A stretch of 64,000 nt of DNA from Octopus sinensis (taxonomy: Eukaryota). How positions within the stretch are numbered: the stretch's first letter is position 1; every line of letters starts with the position of its first letter. The notes under the pieces were generated by a model that was not told where the DNA came from, did no database searches, and saw nothing but the letters and a program-made list of their open reading frames with translations. Positions 12,912 to 26,085 of this stretch are shown piece by piece. The stretch lies in contig NC_042998.1 of assembly GCF_006345805.1 (NCBI RefSeq), positions 10,540,001-10,604,000 on the forward strand. Reading direction: 5' to 3'. The translations under genes and the position numbers were made by a program.

Positions 12912-13159
12912 ATTCATTTAATATTTCAGTCTTACTTTATAGAAATTATTATTAAAAGCTTAATTGTGACATAATCTGCGTTAATTTAGAACGAAAACGT
13001 GTGATGCATAGTGGCGCCCAGTTTGATAAATTCAGCAGAAGAGTAGGAGGAGATGTTGAGACCACCACAACCCATTCGGTAAGTCATTTCCATTTGTGTA
13101 TTTAGGAAACTAATTTCAGTAATTTAGTAAGACAAATGTAAATGTATTCGCTATTGGCA

Positions 13160-13378
13160 AAGGTAGCGAGCTGGCAGAGTCGTTAGCACGCCGAGAAAAG
13201 TGCTTATCAACATTTCGCTCGTCTTTACGTTCTGAGTTCAAATTCCGCCGAGCTTGTCTTTACTTTTCATCCTTTTCGATATCGATAAAATATGTACCAG
13301 TTAAGCACTGAGCTTGATGTAATCGACGTAACTCCTTCCCGGAAAATGCTGGCCTTGTGCAAAAAAATTGAAAGCAAT
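13160..13378 (+). mobile_element. SINE family A
   Basis: ggtagcgagctggcagagtcgttagcacgccg.. head and conserved body. Confidence 0.9.
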
Positions 13379-13381
13379 ATA

Positions 13382-14614
13382 CAGGGTCTTGCAAATAAAC
13401 TGAGACAATTTTTACGATGCATAAAACTGGTTATAAATACTAAAATAATGGTAGCAGACAGATCTAATTTTAATGTAACATTTATTGCAGTAACAACAGT
13501 TATCACTCAATATGGCCGCACTTTTGGGCAATTACTACCTCCACACAAGAATGAATTTTTTTAAGCTGCTGCAACCTCCGCTTTTTTTATTTTGCGTGTT
13601 GCAATTATGATGCAGGTCTTCAAACTGTAGACACACGAGCATGATGAGGCATTCGTCCTTGCTTAAAGTATGCTCCATAAAAAGTAATCGAGAAGGTTGT
13701 GACCTGGGCCAGATGTTGGCTCTCACAAAATGGCACCTTCTCATTAAGGAAGGCCTGTGTTGCTTTTGACTCATGGCATGGTGCAGAATCATGGATAAAC
13801 ACCATATTATCAAGCCCAAACTTCTGCTCCATCCAAGGTAACATATAGTTCTTCAGGATGTCTAGATATTCCTTTGTGCTGATCTTCAAGCGAGGGTCAA
13901 TGAAGTGTGGATCCATGACACTTCCATAACTTGCCGCGGCTCCAAATACTATCACAGAGGCAGGATTCTTAGTCTCAAACACAGGGGGAACGTCAGAAGA
14001 GTAGTATACAATTACTCGAGAATTGCTGCGCTTCACCTCAGCAACCACAGTGAACTCCTTCTCGTCCACAAACATAAAAGTTTTTCCTGCACCTTGATGC
14101 TTGACGAATGACAAGCTTTGGACATTTCTCGGCTCTGATTGCTCTGGCCTTGGCTGTTAAGAGGTGACGGCATCGTCGAACATAGCTAGTTATGCCAAGA
14201 TTCATGATCGCAGCTCTGGATACTGTGGAAAGGGATACATTGCGTTTCTTTGCAAGAGTTGTTATGGATGTGGATGGGTTGGATTCAATCGATCGTTTGG
14301 AATCACTTCGAGTCTTGTGTTCTTTTCTATTAATCTTTCCCTCTTCTTTAAATTGTTTATACACACAAACTGTTGCTTTTAGAAGTTTCGTCAACTTAAA
14401 CTATTTTATTGGCATTGGGCCCGGCGAGCGTCAAAATGACGATAGCGGAATGATTCTATTGTTTCATGACTGCTATCGAATCAATTCGCTATTTACCTGT
14501 AAAATAAAGAGGAAGATTAGATTTTCAAGCAAGCAAGGTTTTGTTAAAAAATGAAATGTTAAACCCACTTAGACTACTGTTTAAAATTGATCTCAATTTA
14601 TCTGCAAGACCCTG
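13382..14614 (-). mobile_element. Near full-length maT (DD37D) Tc1/mariner transposon, frameshifted
   Basis: ~30-bp TIRs cagggtcttgca(a/g)ataaa(c/t)tgaga, TA on both sides; FVDEKEF, FIHDSAPCH, IWP motifs in ORFs 14038-14394 and 13620-14114. Confidence 0.92.
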
Positions 14615-14634
14615 TACTATCCAATATTCTAAAG

Positions 14635-14853
14635 CAGTACTTTTCAAAATTTTTGTTGGAGCGGAACCCCAAGGAAACATTCCACTGGCTCGAGGAACCC
14701 CTGTGCAATAATTTAATAGTCTTATGTACACATATCTGCACAGGAGAATTAAAAAGTATTGCCGATTTTAGCAGTTTTGTAACTTCTTGCGGAACCCCTG
14801 CACTGTACTGGCGGAACCTTAAGGTTCCGTGGAACCCTGCTTGAAAACCACTG
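14635..14853. mobile_element. hAT-type MITE (219 bp)
   Basis: TIRs cagtacttttcaa / ttgaaaaccactg; perfect 8-bp TSD ttctaaag at 14627 and 14854. Confidence 0.92.
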
Positions 14854-15540
14854 TTCTAAAGGAAGGCACTTCTAATTGATGCTATGAAAAAAGTAAGGAG
14901 TCCTGATAAACAAGTGATGGTCTGTATCGACAAAAATTACGCTGTATAATTTATGAATTTAGATATGTTGCTACACCGCATCGAGAAAAGATTGCTGCTG
15001 TTCCAAGTCTGAGTCTTTGTCTTAACAGAAAGAGATTGTCGTTGTCTTTCCACAATGAGTCTAAAACTTTATAGTCAAGTGGAACCCATTTCTTTCAAAT
15101 ATATACTTATGATTGGAGTCGTCAAGTTAATGAAGTTAATTATATGGTTGCTCGTGCAACTATTTTAAAGGAATTTGACTAATTCAGTAGAAAGTAAATA
15201 ACTTGACAATGCAGTGACCATTGTCATAAAATGTACAGTCATTACTTCAATCTAAGTATAAAATAACTTAATTAGACTATCACAAATACAAGTTAAATAA
15301 TATAATGATTTCACTTGCTGGAAAAAATGTGTGTCAGGACTATATTTACTTGTATTTTCTGCTTAAACAATTGTAATTAGCGGAATCGCCTGCTGTGCGG
15401 TAATTCCGTTTGCATCAAGAAAATAAATACGGTAATGACGTGCACAATTCGCTTACAGATTTATCGACGTCATAAGATGATGCAACATTCCTCTAGCTAG
15501 ATGCAGAAGAAACATTTTGGGGTTGGTATTTCTGGATGTT

Positions 15541-15779
15541 AAGGCGGCGAGCTGGCAGAAACGTTAGCACGCCGGGCGAAATGCGTAGCCGTATTTCGTC
15601 TGCCGTTACGTTCTGAGTTCAAATTCCGCCGAGGTCGACTTTGCCTTTCATCCTTTCTAGGTCGATAAATTAAGTACCAGTTACGCACTGGGGTCTATGT
15701 AATCGACTTAATCCGTTTGCCTGTCCTTGTTTGTCCTCTCTGTGTTTAGCCCCTTGTGGGCAGTAAAGAAATAGGTATC
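15541..15779 (+). mobile_element. SINE family A, full length
   Basis: Complete head to tail; TSD tctggatgt at 15531 and 15780. Confidence 0.93.
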
Positions 15780-16107
15780 TCTGGATGTATATTAAATCCA
15801 TATGCTACACTAAAAATTTTCAGTTCTACATATGAAGCAGAGTACGGTGAGCATTATAACATTGAATAAATAAAAATCCAAGAAGACACTCAGTTAACGA
15901 TTACTCATGTGTTAACAAACATTTCCAGCCTAAAACTTTATTTCGCTGATTTTGTTGCCTCAAAAGTACTGAAAACATCTATTTCTCTTGTTTTCCCTTC
16001 GCCTATAGAGTGTGTGTTAATGGTAATCTGCAACAAAATGATGCACTGCAAGTCATTCTAGAGATACGCTGTTAGTGGAGATTGACAAAATATCTTTAAC
16101 ACTTCAT

Positions 16108-16326
16108 TTAAAATTGGATTCAACTGTTGACACGAGGCCAGCAATTTCGGTGGAGGGGTAAGCCGATTACATCGACCTCAGTGATCAACTGGTACTTATT
16201 TTATCGACCCCGAAAATATGAAAGACAAAGTCGACTTCGGAGGAATTCGAACTCAGAACGTAAAGACGGACGGAATGCCGCCAAGCATTTTGTCTGGCGC
16301 AGTAACGATTCTGTCAGCCCGCCGCC
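16108..16326 (-). mobile_element. SINE family A (short-tail variant)
   Basis: TSD ttaacacttcat at 16096 and 16327. Confidence 0.9.
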
Positions 16327-16741
16327 TTAACACTTCATATGATACCGATTGTGAAAATAGCATATAATAAATATATTGATTCCAGTGTTCTTTACATTAA
16401 ATGTGATATCATCTTTCTGTTCAATTTAGCAAGACTATCTTAACCCACACAGGCATACGTACCACTGGCCTCCATTAACTATATATAAACAGAAAAAACT
16501 TCTCCTAGGCAATCTGAAGAATTTAGCTCAGCCTACAAAAAGCATTTACCAATCAGACTTTCATGGGTATCCAAGTCATTTGACAATTAACACACGCTTC
16601 GCGATGCGATCAGTACCTGACTCACATATGACACCAAGAGGAGACATTGATTTCGATACTTGCTACCAATTAGCATACAAAGGTGAGATATTCATCTGAC
16701 GTCATTCGTTTCTCTCCCTCTACCCCTCCTACCTCTTTCTA

Positions 16742-17700
16742 CGTATGTATGTATGTATGTATGTATGTATGTATGTATGTATGTATGTATGTATGTATGT
16801 ATGTGTATGTATGCATGCATGTATGTATGTATGTATGTATGTATGTATGTATGTATGTATGTATGTATGTATGTATGTATGTATGTGTATGTATGCATGT
16901 ATGTATGTATGTATGTGTGTATGTATGAATGTAGGTATGAATGTATGTATGTATGTATGTAAGTATGTATGTATGTATGTATGTAAGTATGTATGTATGT
17001 ATGTATGTATGTGTGTATGTGTGTATGTATGTAAGTATGTATGTATGTATGTATGTATGTGTGTATGTATGTATGTATGTATGTATGTATGTGTGTATGT
17101 ATGTGTGTATATATGTATGTATGTATGTATGTAAGTATGTATGTATGTATGTATGTATGTATGTATGTATGTATGTATGTGTGTATGTATGTATGAATGT
17201 ATGTATGTATGAATGTATGTATGTATGTATGAATCTATGTATGTATGTATGTATGTGTGTATGTATGTATGTATGTATGTATGTATGTATGTATGTATGT
17301 ATGTATGAATCTATGTATTTATGTATGTACGTATGTATGTATGTATGTATGTATGTATGTGTGTGTGTATGTATGTGTGTATATATGTATGTATCTATGT
17401 ATGTAAGTATGTATGGATGTATGTATGTATGTATGTATATATGTATGTATGTATGAATGTATGTATGAATGTATGTATGTATGTATGTATGCATGTCTGT
17501 ACGTATGTATGTATGTATGTATGTATGTATGTATGAATGTATGTATGTATGTATGTATGCATGTCTGTCTGTCTGTATGTATGTATGTATGTATGTATGT
17601 ATGTATGTATGTATGTATGTATGTATGTATGAATGTATGTATGTATGCATACATGTATGTGTATGTATGCATGTTTGTATGTACATATACATATGTATTT
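16742..17700. repeat. ~1-kb imperfect (TATG)n array
   Basis: Direct inspection. Confidence 0.97.
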
Positions 17701-17744
17701 ACGTATACATGTCTGTCTATATTATATATATTCTTTGTAAGCCT

Positions 17745-17882
17745 AGTACTTATTCTGTCGATCTATTTTGCCGAACCGCTCAGTTATGGGGACGTAAACA
17801 CACCAACATCGGTTGTCAAGCGATGGTAGGGGAACAAACAGACACAAAGACTCACACATAAACATACATACATAATACACAT

Positions 17883-17916
<34 letters not shown>

Positions 17917-18080
17917 GTATATACGACGGGCTTCTTTCAGTTTCCGTCTGCCAAATCCACTCACAAGGCTTTGGTCGGTCCGAGAGTATAGTAGATGGTA
18001 GTTGCCGAAGGTGCCATGCAGTGGGACTGAACCTAGACCCATATGGTTGGGAAGCAAGCTTCTTACCACACAGCCACGCT
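17745..18080 (-). mobile_element. SINE family B
   Basis: Head gcgtggctgtgtggtaagaagcttgc, CORE-like accttcggcaa segment, internal microsatellite. Confidence 0.88.
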
Positions 18081-18122
18081 GGCGCCTCCACACATGAATA
18101 TACATACATATACACATATATA

Positions 18123-18990
18123 CGTGGTCTGATTCAATAAGTATCCAGACTGTTGCTATAGAAACGTAGCTCAAGCACAGAGACTGAAGCCGCTAGGCAC
18201 AGATTGACCTTGAACTCTGCTGTGCATGCGCACGAAGTTTTAACGTTCTAGCTCACTTTCGCTGTTTACAGCAGTGCTTGGAAGGAAGGTGTGTATCGTC
18301 GCATTGTCCATGACAGAGAAAGTTGGCAGAGAATCTGCATCAAATTTTTTCTCAAAGCTTGGCGATACCTGCTGAGAGATGAACGCAAAGTTTTCAAAGA
18401 GTATTCATCGTTCTCAACACAATCAAAGAGATCTTGCGCAAATGAAATCCCAAGTGTGTTTTGGTCAGCTGAAAGCAGTTTTGGCACAAGATTGGCAGAC
18501 ACGCGTCTCATACCCAAATCTATCAGTGATAATGGATTGAAGTGAAACGCAACTAATTTGCACATCCTCTGATAACTCACGGATGGTGATTCGTCGATTT
18601 CCACACTCAGCTGCACGCACATCTGTGATGTTTTTCTCAGTTCTTCTGGCTGTGGGTCTCCTAGAACGTTTGTCAATACTGACATTTTTTCGGCCATCTT
18701 GGAACCGTCTGAACCACTCGTACACTCCTCTCCATACACTTTCTGCAACTTTGGGAAGGCCTCTAAGCAGGTGTCGTCACGATACCTTTCTCTGTCATTG
18801 TCAATGCGATGATCCCGCTACACACGTTCCTTCCAAACACTGCTGCAAACAACGGAAGTGAGCTAAAGCGTTAAAACTTAGTGCACGTGCACATCATAGT
18901 TCAAGGTCAATCTGTGCCAAGCCGCCGCACTGCGTGCTTTGGCTTCTTTACTATGGCAACATTCCGGATACTTATTGATCAGATTTCGCA
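18123..18990. mobile_element. Mariner-derived element with two outward 5' ends (long inverted arms)
   Basis: Both ends start (tc)tgatcaataagtatcc and run ~200-250 bp to ATGACAGAGAAAG; the minus arm encodes YEWFRRFQDGR..DKRSRRP..RRITIREL..MRRVSANLVPKLLS (mariner HTH region). Confidence 0.85.
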
Positions 18991-18996
18991 TATATG

Positions 18997-19060
<64 letters not shown>

Positions 19061-19341
19061 GTATGAGAGGTATTGGTATCCAGAAGGGTCAAGGTGGCAG
19101 GTAACGCTGTGTAAGTGCTATGGAAGGACCGTAGTTAGACTCTCGGTTCGACATGAAGCATTTCTACCACCTCTACATACCCCTTTCTTTGGAAAATGGA
19201 ACTACATCTGTAACATGTTTATGTATTTTTATTTCTACTTTCATTCTCCTATTTCCTTCTATACTCTTCATTTCCAAAGTTTGCCAAAATAACTCCTTAT
19301 ATTGAACTCTAATATTTCCCTTTATTAAAACATTTCACATC

Positions 19342-19389
19342 GTCTCTGATGAAGGAATATCCCTAATATCCCAGAAACAGCTATAAGAC
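19342..19389 (+). ncRNA. Minimal type I hammerhead ribozyme motif (second family)
   Basis: gtct-CTGATGA-aggaatat..atatccc-a-GAAA-cagcta-ta-agac: stem I gtct/agac, near-palindromic stem III. Confidence 0.7.
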
Positions 19390-19454
19390 TATCTCTTTAT
19401 AAATGTCCTGAAAATTCCACACAACCTTGGGTTTGTTGTCTCATTTTATTTAAC

Positions 19455-19456
<2 letters not shown>

Positions 19457-19485
<29 letters not shown>

Positions 19486-19945
19486 TGTATGTATGTATGT
19501 ATGTATGTATGTATGTTTGTATGTATGTATGTATGTATGTATGTATGTATGCATGTATGTATGTATGTATGTATGTTTGTATGTATGTATGTATGCATGC
19601 ATGCATGTATGTATGTATGTATGTATGTATGTATGTATGTATGTATGTATGTATGTATGTATGTTTGTATGTATGTATGTATGTATGTATGTATGTATGT
19701 ATGTATGTATGCATGTATGTATGTATGTATGTATGATGTATGTATGTATGTATGTTTGTATGTATGTATGTATGTATGTATGTATGTATGTATGTATGTA
19801 TGTATGTATGTATGTTTGTATGTATGTATGTATGTATGTATGTATGTATGTATGTATGTATGTCTCTATGTATGTATGTATGTATGTATGTTTGTATGTA
19901 TGTATGTATGTATGTATGTATGTATGTTTGTATGTATGTATATAT
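19457..19945. repeat. (TATG)n array
   Basis: Direct inspection. Confidence 0.97.
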
Positions 19946-20602
19946 GTCAGTGATAAATGGTTCGGTCTACAAAAATACTTTGTTGTGTGTTCGACACTGT
20001 TTCGGCACGTTCCTTTCAACGGAATCGACTTTTCTATCCGGCATTATACTGTGATCGCTAAGTACCAAACAGTGAACTGTACTGTGTCAACTAAACGCCT
20101 TCGTGTCAGAGTCCCCGAATGGCAGCAGTCCAATGATTGAAACCTGTAAAAAAAAACAAAAAAATAAAATTACTCCTGTGTTTCTAATATTGCTGTTTCA
20201 TTCATTCTTTTTTTTTTATTTTCAGATCGAAGAAGGGTACCGATAAGCAGAAGAATTAGATCTTAATCACATGAATAAAAATATCGAAAACCTTTCCATT
20301 CTAAGGTTCTGTCTTTTGCAAAATCATTTTAAGATATGAACCATATGAACCATATGAACCATACAAATTACCTTCGATCTTGATATGAACCGCGCAAATT
20401 CCCATCTCATTTGAACGGACGCAGAGACAAATAAACTCCCAAATCTATTTGAAATAAAATTACTTATATTTTTGACTTCTTTAATGGCTCTTGGGCGAAC
20501 ATTGCTTTGTGAATGAACCTCGTGCGGAAAATGTGGAAGCTCCTCATATATGTATAAGTGTGTTTTTGTGATTTTTGCTTGCACACTTGTGTGTGTGTGT
20601 GT

Positions 20603-20666
<64 letters not shown>

Positions 20667-20667
20667 G

Positions 20668-20732
<65 letters not shown>

Positions 20733-20920
20733 TTTTGTAGTTTTGTTGTTGTCATCTCATCTCTGATTCAGCAGATCCATGTTCGGACACGTTCCAGCCG
20801 TAAAGATACAGATTATTTTCCTTTTTCATCAGACACTCTATACAGGAAGGTGAGAAAAAGAAAGTTACCAAAGAAATTTACTGGCAAATGGGTAATGAAA
20901 GAAACAATGTTATGAATATT

Positions 20921-21317
20921 CTTTTCTACTCTAGGCTAAAGGCCTGAAATTTTTGGGAGGGGGTCAGTCGATTACGTCGACCCCAGTAAGTAACTGGTAC
21001 TTGATTTATCAACCCCAAAAGGATGAAAGGCAAAGTCAACCTCGGAGGAATTTGAACTCAGAACGTAGCAGCAGACGAAATACCTATTTCTTTACTACCC
21101 ACAAGGGGCTAAACACAGAGAGGACAAACAAGGACAGACAAACAGATTAAGTCGATTATATCGACCCCAGTGCGTAACTGGTACTTAATTTATCGCCCCC
21201 GAAAGGATGAAAGGCAAAGTCGACCTCGGTGGAATTTGAACTCAGAACGTAGCGGCAGACGAAATACGGCTAAGCAATTCGCCCGGCGTGCTAACGTTTC
21301 TGCCAGCTCGCCACCTT
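20921..21317 (-). mobile_element. Dimeric SINE family A inserted as one unit
   Basis: 19-bp TSD aaacaatgttatgaatatt at 20902 and 21318 encloses a full unit plus a partial second unit. Confidence 0.9.
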
Positions 21318-21528
21318 AAACAATGTTATGAATATTACTTAAATGTAGCTGTATTCATTGTGAATTGTGACTGAACTGTCCTGGACGACTTTTCACTATA
21401 AGAGAAAAATGAGCTAGCTGTTCGTAAATCCCGTAATTTACCATTGCAAATATCCTTTAAGGTTGAACCCAGTTTTATTTCCGCATATACACAGTATAAC
21501 GGAACTACAGGTGGAAAATCTATTCTGT

Positions 21529-21575
<47 letters not shown>

Positions 21576-21589
21576 GTCTTACTTATTAG

Positions 21590-22060
21590 CACCACCTCGA
21601 AAAGACATTTGATGATGTTTCATATTAGTCGTTCTTTGGGTACCTTAGCCCAGTTTGCAGAGATATATTTGGCTGTAGGTGGTTTATCTGGAATTTATTG
21701 GAGATATTCGCCCAGGAACCGTTTGAATGTTAGAGGATCTTTTTCTTCTCTTATGTGTCTTGGCATGATGTTAAAGAGAGCAGGGCCAGTTGAGGTGAAG
21801 TACTTCTGTTTAATAGTGTTGTGAAGTGACACGAACATGACTTTAGTAGAGAAAAGATAGCACAGGGACAATTTTGAATATGACACCAGCATCCTTTGGG
21901 AAATTCTGTTGGAATAATTTCCACATCATACAAAGAATATAGTGACATTTGGGGGAATAAAGTTTGAGTTTCTCGAGACGATCCCAGGAATCAAGACCTG
22001 TCATATCATCTAATTTCCTTGTGAAGGGTATGAGTTTGCAATACAGGTACAAGAAATATC
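21590..22060 (-). mobile_element. CR1-type LINE 3' fragment
   Basis: WDRLEKLKLYS; TGPALFNIMP..FKRFLGEYLQ*IPDKP. Confidence 0.75.
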
Positions 22061-22064
22061 AACC

Positions 22065-22840
22065 ATGTACCTGAAGCACAAATGGGATAGAGATACAGAA
22101 AAAGCCGTAAAATGTGACAACCGATGCAGATTATGTGGCGTTCACACTGAAGATATTCCCCACACCATAAGCAGTTGTCCGAAAATGTCATTACGGTATT
22201 ATCTACTGATGAGACATGACATTGTAGCTAGGACACTCTATAATGAAATGCGTCGGAAGGATATTCCCGAAGACAAAGAAATAAAAACCCACAATTTGGT
22301 AGAAGCCGTAACCATTCATAAAAAAATGGAATACTGGTGGAATGTCCCAGTGAAGACCTCAATAACATGTAAGCATAACAGACCTGATATAATGATTTGG
22401 GATAGAGAAGAGAAACTGTGCACAGTTGTGGAAATTAGCTGCCTAGCGGATGTTAACATAAAGCTGAAGATCAATGAAAAAGGGAACACCTATGCTGAAC
22501 TATTGAGAAATCTGCAGTTACTCTATCCAAATTACAAGTTCAGGTTTATACCTGTAATTATTGAGCTCCTGGGATATGTAACACACCTAAATACCAATAT
22601 TGAGAAATTAGGCTTCTCAAAACCAGAAAGGAGAAAGTTAATTCGAAGACTATAGATCCAATCCATCACCGGAACTAAAAGTCTGTAGAACTTTCCAGAA
22701 GTTTATCATTTAAATATATATGAGCATGTCTAGGTAGTGCAACTATATGCATGAGAATACAATCATAAAACATACAAATCTGTACATTCATACATACATA
22801 CATACATACATACATACATACATACATACATACATACAGA
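22065..22840 (+). mobile_element. R4/Dong-clade retrotransposon 3' fragment (second family), ending in (CATA)n
   Basis: ORF 22065-22655: CRLCGVHTEDIPHTISSC, RHDIVAR, HNRPDIMIWD..VVEISC, K..Y restriction-like endonuclease. Confidence 0.88.
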
Positions 22841-23420
22841 CTCCCAGTGAAAACCTCAATAAAATGTAAATATAATAGATCTGACATATTGATTTGGGAC
22901 AGAGAAGAAAAATTGTACAATTGTCGAAATCAGCTGCCCAACATGAAGCTAAAGATCAGCGAAAAAGAAAATACGCTGAACTATTGAGAAATCTACAGTT
23001 ACTCTATCCAGATTACAAGTTCAGGTTTACACTTGTAATTAGTTTGGCACTGGGATATGCCTAAGTACCAATCTTGAGAATTTAGGCTTCTCAAATACAG
23101 AAAGGAAAAAGCTGATATGAAAACTACAGATCCAATCCATCACTGGAACTGTAAAACTCTGTAAAACTTTACTGAAGTTTATCATTTAAGTATATACGTA
23201 CATGTTTAGACATGCAACTATATGCATGAGAATACACAGATGAAACAAAACATTTAAATCTGCAGATGCACTGACTCCAAATACTGCACATATACAAACA
23301 TACATGCACAAATACCCTATTGATGTTGTTGAAATTCCGATGAAGGAGCCTTGGATCTAAGTTAGAAACCGACTCTTTCTCTTTGACAAGAAATCTTAAG
23401 ATAAAACTGAAAAATAATAT
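22841..23420 (+). mobile_element. Second, shorter tandem copy of the same R4/Dong 3' end with a longer 3' UTR
   Basis: Repeats cccagtgaa(g/a)acctcaataa..tgggacagagaagaaaaattg..ctattgagaaatctacagttactctatcca; starts and ends at (CATA)n. Confidence 0.85.
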
Positions 23421-23805
23421 ACATACATACGTACACATCCATCCATACCTGCATGCATACATACATACACACACACATACATACATACAAACGTACATAC
23501 ATACGTACACACACGCATACATACATACATACATACATACGTACACACACGCATACATACATACATACGTACATACATACATACATACATACATACACAC
23601 ACGCATACATACATACATACATACATACATACATACATACATACATACAACATACATACATACATACATACATACATACATACATACAAACATACATACA
23701 TACATACATACATACATACATACATACAAACATACATACATACATACATACATACACACATACATACATACATACATACATACATACATACATACATACA
23801 TACAT
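23420..23805. repeat. (CATA)n array
   Basis: Direct inspection. Confidence 0.97.
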
Positions 23806-24342
23806 AGCAACTTAACAGAAACGGAAAAGGGGATCACTAAAATAGCAACGTATGTCATTCGAGAAAGTTACTTCAAAATGAGAAATGGTGTTTTGTTTTA
23901 GATTTTAGACACACCTGTGGTTTAGATTTGCATCGTACGAAATAATTTATGGGGCAGAGGGCTACAGTTGTAGGAAGTTCGTGCTAAGTGAGAGGTCGCA
24001 GGAGTCTGTTCTGGATTCTATTGTATATAAACTGACATCCACCCGCCACACGAATACACACACATACATATTTGAAGCGTTCAGTAGCGATTATATCATA
24101 AACGTCTGCTTTGAGTTCCGCCTATCCAAATATCAGTGAAACAATTTTTTAGTGAAGCGGGTAAGCTGCTGCATACAACCATTACTTATTTGTATATCGT
24201 TTTTTAATGGCTTACTAAAAATATTTATTCAAGTGTTGGCAGTTTGCAAAATCTCTTTCGTTTCGTAGTTGGTTGACTTCATGAAATTACTTGAGATGAT
24301 ATACAGACTAAAATATTTGGACCTATTTATATGTAGTGTAAT

Positions 24343-24640
24343 CACTATCACTATCACGTGACCGACCAGACCATCAGATGTTGTTACACATCGCTGGTCA
24401 CAATGCGTTCGCATTGTTTTAGCCTTCGAATGACGCCATCCCACTGGCTAAGCGAGCAGGCCAACAGAAGAAAGAGTGGTGAAAGAGTACAGCAGGGATC
24501 ACCACCCCCTGCCGGAGCCACGTGTAGCTTTCAGGTGTTTTCGCTCAATAAACACTCACAATGCCCGGTCTGGGAATCGAAACCGCGATCCTGCGACCGC
24601 GAGTCCCGCTGCCCTAACCACTAGGCCATTGCACCTCCAC
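24343..24640 (-). mobile_element. tRNA-derived SINE with the family C head but a different tail
   Basis: First ~150 nt match 12526-12690, then diverge; TSD gtagtgtaat at 24333 and 24641; (tagtga)n tail. Confidence 0.9.
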
Positions 24641-25741
24641 GTAGTGTAATACGATTCATAATTAACAAATCAGCCTGAAAGTTATCGATACCTTTGTCCT
24701 TCGACTTCCAAATATAACTGGAAAGAGCTGAAGTATGAAAAGTGATTGAATTCGAAGAAACGTTGGCCTAAAAATCAGGAAGTTAGTTTAGAGAAGAACA
24801 ATAATCATTCAAGAAGTCACAAAATGTGTAAGGAAAGAACTGTGGTAAAACGTAGAATAAATAGTAATTGTAAGATGAAGTGAAGGTCAAATTGTGCGTG
24901 TCTTTATGTGCGTGTCTTAATTGTGCGTGACAAAATGAGCGTCCCCAAATATAAGAAAGATAGTTTTGCCTTAAGAGGCTATTATACTTTTTTCTAAATA
25001 TCATCTTGCTTTTTACCTTGACGTTTTTGATAAATTGCTCTTTATTTTGAATTGTCAGAAAAATTCGTTTTTTTTTTTAAAGCTTTGTTTATTTTTTGCT
25101 TTCCTTCTCGGTACTCCTTCTCTGGAAAGAGGTAACATTTAATCAGATTTCGAAAACGATAAACAAAAGTTGTGGAAGAAGAATAAAGCTGCAAAAAGCT
25201 ACAACACACTACGATAAAAAATATTCTTCGCTTCAATTCAAATAACGTTGGAAAGGATTAAAATGAAAGGAAAAACGAACGAATTTACCTAACTTTAAGA
25301 TTATTCTTGTGAAACAATTTTCTGTTAAGAAGTATTTATTTTAGGGGGCTTTCACGGGAGGCAATGGTTAGACCAGACAATGTTTCTGCATCTTATCTAA
25401 ATAAAATGTCTTGAAAATTTAAATATAAACTAGCTTGATCTATATATCTACTTTTATATTATACATTCATATGATAAAAACCGATTGATTGTTTAACCAG
25501 CACATTAAACAAACGATCGATTAGTTAATTGGTTAGATATTTAACCAATTGAATAATAGCGAAGAAGTGATATTGGACCAGTGCGTGTGTTATTAACACA
25601 CATAATATATAAAAGGCATAAATTTTCTGTACAAAAATCATTTCTGTTGCTTCTCCGAAACGAGATAAAGGCGTTAATATATAAGTATCCGAAATTCTGG
25701 CCACCTCATTTTTCTTAAATCTGTATACCACTTCGAAAATC

Positions 25742-26085
25742 TACACATACATACATACATACATACATACATACATACATACATACATACATACATGCTT
25801 ACATACACACATACATACAAACATACATACACACACACATACACACACACATACATACATACATACATACATACATACATACATGCTTACATACATACAT
25901 ACATACATACACACATACATACATACAAACATACATACATACATACATACATACACACACATACACACACATACACACACACATACATACATACATACAT
26001 ACATACATACATACATACATACACACATACATACATATATATATATACATACATACATACATACATACATAAATACATACACACA
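25742..26085. repeat. (CATA)n/(CA)n array
   Basis: Direct inspection. Confidence 0.97.
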
